64,000 bases of DNA, from NCBI GenBank assembly GCA_904063045.1, contig CAJFCJ010000002.1:1054001-1118000 (forward strand). The letters are read 5' to 3'. The stretch's first letter is position 1. Each line of letters opens with the position of its first letter. Source of the stretch: Dimorphilus gyrociliatus (taxonomy: Eukaryota > Animalia > Annelida). Both the position numbers and the translations under genes were made by a program. Of the stretch, positions 51,889 to 64,000 are shown piece by piece. A model generated the notes under the pieces. The model was not told the origin of the DNA, did no database searches, and was given only the letters and a program-made list of their open reading frames with translations.

Positions 51889-53050
51889 ATGACATTTTTT
51901 TCGCTTTTCACTCGTGTGTTTCCACTAGCCCTTCTCTTTTTAGCTAGTACATCTGTTATCATAGCTTCCACTTTTTTTGCAGCAATATGTACTGCTCTGC
52001 TCAACATGTTTAAAACTCCTACACCAAACAGAAAGAGAGCAATAAATATTATTAGACATACAAGAACCAATTCTGGTAAACCATTAATTGCTCATCGTGG
52101 TGCTGGATGGGACTGTCCTGAAAATACTCTGGAGGCGGTTAAACTCGTAAGTTTTACATTGTCATATAGTGTGGGATTGTTATCCTATTTAATGAATTGC
52201 TCCTAATCAACACAAAGGCAGACAAAAACGGGGCGGACGCTATTGAATTTGATTTAGAATTCTCCAAAGATGATGTAGCCTTAATTTTCCATGATGATAC
52301 TTTGGATAGAACGACGAATGGTACTGGTTTTATTCGTCAGAAATATTGGAGAGAGCTACAACAGTTAGATGCATCCTACGGTGAATTTAGAACAAAGTAC
52401 AAGGGATTACAGATTCCACTGTTGGCCGATATGGTCGATCTTTGTCTTTATCTCAAACTCAAAATGTACATAGACGTAAAAGGAACCCCATCGAAAGTAA
52501 GAGGTATTTGTATATGATTACTATTTCAACTTATTTACTTGCAGGCTGTTCCTGCTCTTACGAAACTGTTTCAAGAAAGAGAACAATTATATGATAATGC
52601 TATCGTTTGTTCTTTTAACCCCATCATTCCTTATAAATTAAGAAAAGCAGATAGTAAAATAATTGTTGGTGTAACACATAGGCACAAATTTCTCACACGA
52701 AAGGTTGATGGAAGCGAAAGAGAGTCTAATACTATTAAAAGTCTTATCTTTCCAACTTTTGATAGCATCCTAGAATGGAGTATTATAAATTGGATTCCAA
52801 AATTTGTTGGAGCATCGGCTATTTTATTACATTTAGACTCAGTTAATAAGTAAGTAAAATTGAGTATATTTTTCAATTATTTAAAATATATTATTGACTA
52901 TTCATTTCGTTTTTACTCAGAAATCTTGTAGAGAAATTTAAAACACAAGATATAGAAGTAGTCGTTTGGACTGTCAACGAATTATCTGAGAAAAATTATT
53001 TTGGCAACGAATTAAAATGTCCAATAATAACTGATACACTTACACAATAG
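51889..53050 (+). CDS. GDE1: Glycerophosphodiester phosphodiesterase GDE1-like, 4 exons
   Basis: N-terminal hydrophobic segments, IAHRGAGWDCPENTLEA, EFDLEFSKDDVALIFHDDTLDRTTNGTG and VVVWTVN...ITD. Confidence 0.88.
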
Positions 53051-53348
53051 TTAGTTGTATAAATAGATTTAATCAAAATATTCATTTCATTGTTTTTAAT
53101 ATTAAAAACACAAAGTAGCTACAAATTAAAGATCTTAGAGTCGTTATAGAAAAAACAATATCTTAAGCAAATCACATAAATTGAAGCGAAATAGTTATTT
53201 TCCATTCTTGAAAATGCATGATTTAATAAGCAGTGTTTTGAGTATTAAATAGAAACAAAAAAAGAATTAAAAAGAGTATGTTTAGAGATAATTGTTGTGT
53301 ATAAGAAAGACTAGAAAGTTACACAATAACATAACAGAATTAATTTAG

Positions 53349-56670
<3,322 letters not shown>

Positions 56671-57169
56671 ATCCCTTCCTCTTTTGATGTGAACAAAAAG
56701 TCTCTTATATTTCAATTATAGTGTAAAAAACGACAATAAAATGTCGAATATTCAATACTGAGTGAATAATTTTATGAACAACACTTAATATACATAGATC
56801 ATCATTTTAGTGAAAGTATATATTTGAGTGTCACAACGTTGTTTCATATATGAATAGAATAGGCCTTAATATGAGTGAAATATTTTACCTGTTTTTTTAC
56901 TGTTACGCAGACGAAATATATCGATTTATTAGACACGATTTTAATCGATTTGCATACAAATAAAATTCTTTCGAGTTGTAAAATTCATCTGAGAAATATC
57001 AAAGTATCAGCAGCTTTTTAATTTTTATATTGACAGTAAAATTGTCTTTTCCACTATGGAGGAATCAGAAAATAATTTCCTTCCGTTTGTATTAATACGC
57101 CACTGTTGAAATATAGCGCCATCTATAAGCGATTTTATTAGAACTTAAAAACTTTACAACAATTAACTT

Positions 57170-57937
57170 TCAATCAGTTCCATCAGCCTCTCTTCTACCT
57201 CCAGCTGCTGTTGAGCTTTCTGAAAGTACATCAACAGTAGAAGTTTCGGAAGCCCTAGTACTAGTCCTTGTACTAGTAGTCCTTGTACTAGTACTAGTCC
57301 TAGTAGGTGTTTCTTCGGCCGATCCGCCATCAGCACCTTCTCTATCACAGATTTGACTTCTATTTCTTGATTCGCTACTGATCTTTAGGCCAGCAATACC
57401 CTTCAAGTCAGGTGGACTGACATCTCTTTTTATCTTTCTTCTACGACTAGGATCATTACGATTAATTTGTTGATAATTTTCCAGATCAATAACGTACAAA
57501 CTCCCTGCAATCTGAACTTCAAACTTATATTCTTTCTTAATATAGCGATCTTCTATATCTTTATTAGACCTTTCATCATATTGCCACCATCCGCCTCTAC
57601 CTTCATAAAACCATCGATGCGAACTTTCTTTCCTTGATTCTGTTTTTTTATCAATAACGGGCACCAAATTTGGATTTTTAAAAAATTCATTTGGTATCTC
57701 AGTTCTACACAAGGCACATCTTCTATCCCTTTGGGCAGCTCCCTTTATACAAAGAAAGCAGAAAATGTGATTGCATGGTAGTAAAACTGGGTGTATACAG
57801 GATTGTAAGCACACAGAACATTCTTCATGTTCGCTTAAGATCCTCGTTTTGTTTTCTTCAAGAACTTTTTTTTCCACCTCCGCTCCTACAGTTGGACCAG
57901 ACCTAGCAGAGCACTTAGCTCTGCTGTTTTCACTCAT
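57170..57937 (-). CDS. RNF146: RING-WWE poly(ADP-ribose)-dependent E3 ligase RNF146/Iduna, intronless CDS
   Basis: C3HC4 RING CSVCLQSCIHPVLLPCNHIFCFLCIKG..CALCR and WWE WFYEGRGGWWQYDER...RRRKIKRD. Confidence 0.93.
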   Translation of the reverse strand: MSENSRAKCSARSGPTVGAEVEKKVLEENKTRILSEHEECSVCLQSCIHPVLLPCNHIFCFLCIKGAAQRDRRCALCRTEIPNEFFKNPNLVPVIDKKTESRKESSHRWFYEGRGGWWQYDERSNKDIEDRYIKKEYKFEVQIAGSLYVIDLENYQQINRNDPSRRRKIKRDVSPPDLKGIAGLKISSESRNRSQICDREGADGGSAEETPTRTSTSTRTTSTRTSTRASETSTVDVLSESSTAAGGRREADGTD

Positions 57938-58213
57938 CAGGCTATCCTTTCGCCGATACAGCAGGCAATCTTTTGCTTGGTTTGTAGAAATTTACAAAAG
58001 CGTAGAGAAGCTATACTGTTTGATATGGATCTTCTGTTTATTTTTCAGAGAACGAGTCCCGCACCATTAAAATTAAGCGAGATATATTTAAGAATAACAA
58101 TTTCATATGAAAATAAAAAGAAAATTTTCTGATTAAACAGAAATTTGTAGACTTCGTAATTTAATTTTAAATTTTCCTCTATCCTGCCATATCGGAGCTC
58201 TTTCATTTTCAAG

Positions 58214-59723
58214 ATGGCGACCCAGTTTGATTTGACCACGCGGATCACACAATATTTAGATCGTCATTTAGTATTTCCCTTGTTAGAATTTTTATCATTT
58301 AAGAAGGTTGGTTTAAAAATTTATTCTTATTATTTTATGATTTAATTCAATGTATGTTTTTGCTTAACTCGTAAATACTAGTTAATACAAAAATACTCAG
58401 AGCCGGTTAGATGTAACATACGCTGATAAATAATTTGTTATAAACAGATTTATGACGGAAATGAGATTCTTAAAGGAAAGCTGGACCTTCTATCCAATAC
58501 AAACATGGTTGACTTCGCTATGGATCAGCATAAAGCGCTGTACCCTGACACCGACGTACCAAAGAGTCTGTACGACAAACGTACTGAAGTATTCAATGAC
58601 TTAAAGCAGATGAGAGAACAGACCGAACCCATTATGACCATAATGCAGAAGGAAGAAGTCTTGAAAGCTATTCAAAGCTCCCGAGACGGAAGGCAATTGT
58701 TTGAAATTTTGAATAAGGAACATGATGTAAGCTTTGAACCATTTGCCTGATTTCTTGCCTCTAACTTAGATTATTTTATTTTAGTTTCAACAAGAAATGA
58801 TTGATACCTTGTATCGGTTTGCTAAATTTCAATTTGAATGTGGCAACTATGGAGGAGCAGCAGACTATCTATATTTCGTTAGGGCTCTTATTCCATCAAC
58901 TGACAAAAACTATCTCAACAGTCTTTGGGGAAAATTAGCATCAGAAATTCTTATGCAAAACTGGGATTCGGCCCTCGATGATTTGAACCGATTAAAGGAC
59001 GTTATAGACAGCAACACTTTTGGTAGTGCTTTGCAAAGTCTTCAACAGCGAACATGGTTAATTCATTGGAGCTTATTTGTGTTTTTCAATCATAACAAGG
59101 GACGAGATTTAATCATTGATATGTTTCTCTATCAGCCGTCATATTTGAATACCATTCAAACAGTTTGTCCTCATATTCTTCGTTATCTTACCACTGCTGT
59201 CATTACCAATAAAAGACGCAAGAATGTTCTTAAAGATCTGGTGCGTGTTATTCAACAGGAGTCCTATGCCTATCAAGACCCGATAACAGAATTCCTTCAG
59301 GATTTGTATGTAAATTTCGACTTTGATAAAGCTCAACTCAAACTGAGAGAGTGTGAGGCCGTACTTCAAAATGACTTCTTTTTGGTTGCCTGTCAAAACG
59401 ATTTCATAGATAATGCCCGCCTTTTCATCTTCGAGACCTTCTGTAGGATACATGAATGCATTAGCATAGATATGCTGGCTAATAAATTGAACATGAGCAG
59501 TGAAGAGGCTGAAAAGTGGATTGTTAATTTGATTAGGAATGCCCGATTGGACGCAAAGATAGATTCTCAATTGGGACACGTAGTTATGGGTACTCAAGCC
59601 GTTTCTCCATACCAACAGGTCATAGAAAAAACAAAAGCGTTAGCTTTCCGCTCTCAAGTTTTGGCAATGAATGTTGAGAAACGTTATTCTGTTCGATCAG
59701 AACCACCGAAATGGGAAGCTTAA
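58214..59723 (+). CDS. EIF3E: Translation initiation factor eIF3 subunit E (Int6), 3 exons
   Basis: [40 protein letters not shown] and PCI domain [13 protein letters not shown]. Confidence 0.96.
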
Positions 59724-59782
59724 AATTATGATAGTTTTTTGTTTAATGGAATACAGTACATATAGTCAATAATTCACTATAT

Positions 59783-60664
59783 TCATGATATTTGTTGTGG
59801 AATGGGAGGTCGATGGCCACTGTTTCTAACGACGCACTCTTCAATCCATTTAATACCGTCATCTACCCCGTCACTAAATACGGAAGTTATTTTAAGTAAT
59901 TGCCAAATAAGATTTTTACAAATCCTTACATACCCTAACAATGCTGACACACCCATCACTCGCAAATCCCGTTTTCCAATTTTATGGCTAACACGGTTAA
60001 AAGCCATTTTAATATCCGATACAGTCATACATCCATCTACATCCTGCTTGTTAGCCAGTAAAAGTAGAGGAACACCAGTTAATGTTTCATTTACTACCAT
60101 TTTTTCTGTTAATAGATTCAAAGAATTGACACAGTTTAATTAAAAAAAATTAAAAACTGACCAAACGCTGATACTGATTCTTCCAATCGATCCCTCTGTG
60201 AGGAATCCACTACATAAATGATACCGTGAGACTCTGCGTAGTACTGTGGACAAAAATTTTTATTGACTGCTAGTCAGTTGCCACTTTTTTACCTTATCCC
60301 AGAGGGATTGTAATTCTTCTTGACCTCCCAGGTCCCAAAAATTCAAACGAATTCCATTGACACTGACTTCACCAACTGTGCAAAGAATTTTAGTTATTCC
60401 TGAATTACACTGATGTTATACTTACGATTTAAACCAACTGTTGTCGTTATTTTGTTTAAATTCATCCCTTTATAATTCTTATTGAATTTAATTTTGGTTT
60501 GCTCCAAGTAGGTCTATTGCACATGTACATCAAAAATCAAGATTAAAACAATGAAATTGTAATTGCCTTACAGATTTTCCAGCATTGTCTAATCCAAGTA
60601 TCAAGATATAGTAGTCATCTTTTTGAAACATAAACTTATAAAACCCGTACATTAACGTAAACAT
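59783..60664 (-). CDS. ARFRP1: ADP-ribosylation factor-related protein 1
   Basis: MFTLMYGFYKFMFQKDDYYILILGLDNAGKS, ITTTVGLN, FWDLGGQEEL and ANKQD. Confidence 0.93.
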
Positions 60665-61342
60665 TATTCTTTGTATGTTGCGTTTATCGCTCTTAAAAAT
60701 AACAATACTTCAATTTTTGACAAATAATGTAAGAAAATCTTTTAAATATTTTTCATGCTATTGCTTTAAACATCCAAAGGAAAATCATATAATTATTTCT
60801 ATTTTCCTTTATTTACGAAGAGCTATAATATAAGATACAATATCCGTATCCTGGAGTCTCTTTATTATTGGAAAAACATCTACCAGTCTAGAATGGTTAG
60901 AATTCCGCGTTGTAGAGTTTGTAAATATTCTGCATGGTACAACGTACCACGCAATATGGCGTGAATCTATAAAGTGCAGAAATAAAAAATCAGGAAAAGT
61001 TTCTTTCTATGTTTGAGAGTAGAATTTAACGATTATAGTTGTTTCCAGATGCAATAACAAGTGAAAAGGGAAATATTCTTTTGTTATTTGGTAAGTAAGA
61101 AACTTTCTAATATATGTGTATTTGAGCTTCACAATTTTGAAGAAAAAAATCGCCTTCCTCTATTCTGGGTATTTACATAGACAATCAATTGGATATTCTA
61201 GCAAAATATCAACAGGCATTTCTATCTTATGTTAAATGTCAATGATTGAATGATTTTTGTGTATGATATGATCTTAATTTATAACAACTTTAACATGACA
61301 GCTTTAAACAATTAGTCATCGTGTGAAAGAAATTTTAATAAT

Positions 61343-64000
<2,658 letters not shown>

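Noticed and set aside
57255-57306. Short tandem repeat in RNF146 encoding TRTSTSTRTT
   Set aside because: Ordinary slippage expansion in a disordered tail with no evident function.

Overview
AT-rich eukaryotic (animal) genomic DNA that is very gene-dense: about 25 protein-coding genes in 64 kb, mostly with 50-120 nt GT-AG introns and short intergenic gaps. The gene set (FoxL1, BAK-like, FREM1-like, CCDC74, galaxin-like, NFI) and the compaction suggest a miniaturised lophotrochozoan genome such as a meiobenthic annelid; this is inference, and no species was identified. Order: polyhomeotic 3' end, orphan Ser/Arg-rich gene, BAK-like, Reeler-domain gene, FREM1-like, a divergent pair of KCNE-like single-pass membrane paralogs, NFI, RAD54L, XK-related, HBS1L, antizyme, STK11, RBPMS/cpo, CCDC74, Ikaros/Hunchback-type zinc-finger gene, FoxL1, HECTD2, galaxin-like, an assembly gap, CRACD-like, GDE1, FER, RNF146, EIF3E, ARFRP1 and the ROCK 5' part. 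Best leads: (1) two paralogous KCNE/MinK-like type III membrane proteins with PDZ-binding tails; (2) an HBS1L gene carrying Ski7-type motifs between two in-frame candidate 3' splice sites; (3) an antizyme +1 frameshift site with a predicted pseudoknot; (4) an Ikaros-type dimerisation-finger protein with no DNA-binding finger array; (5) CTCF-like motifs repeatedly located at gene boundaries. All exon models were read by hand from GT-AG signals and reading frame. Family calls rest on remembered motifs, not database searches.
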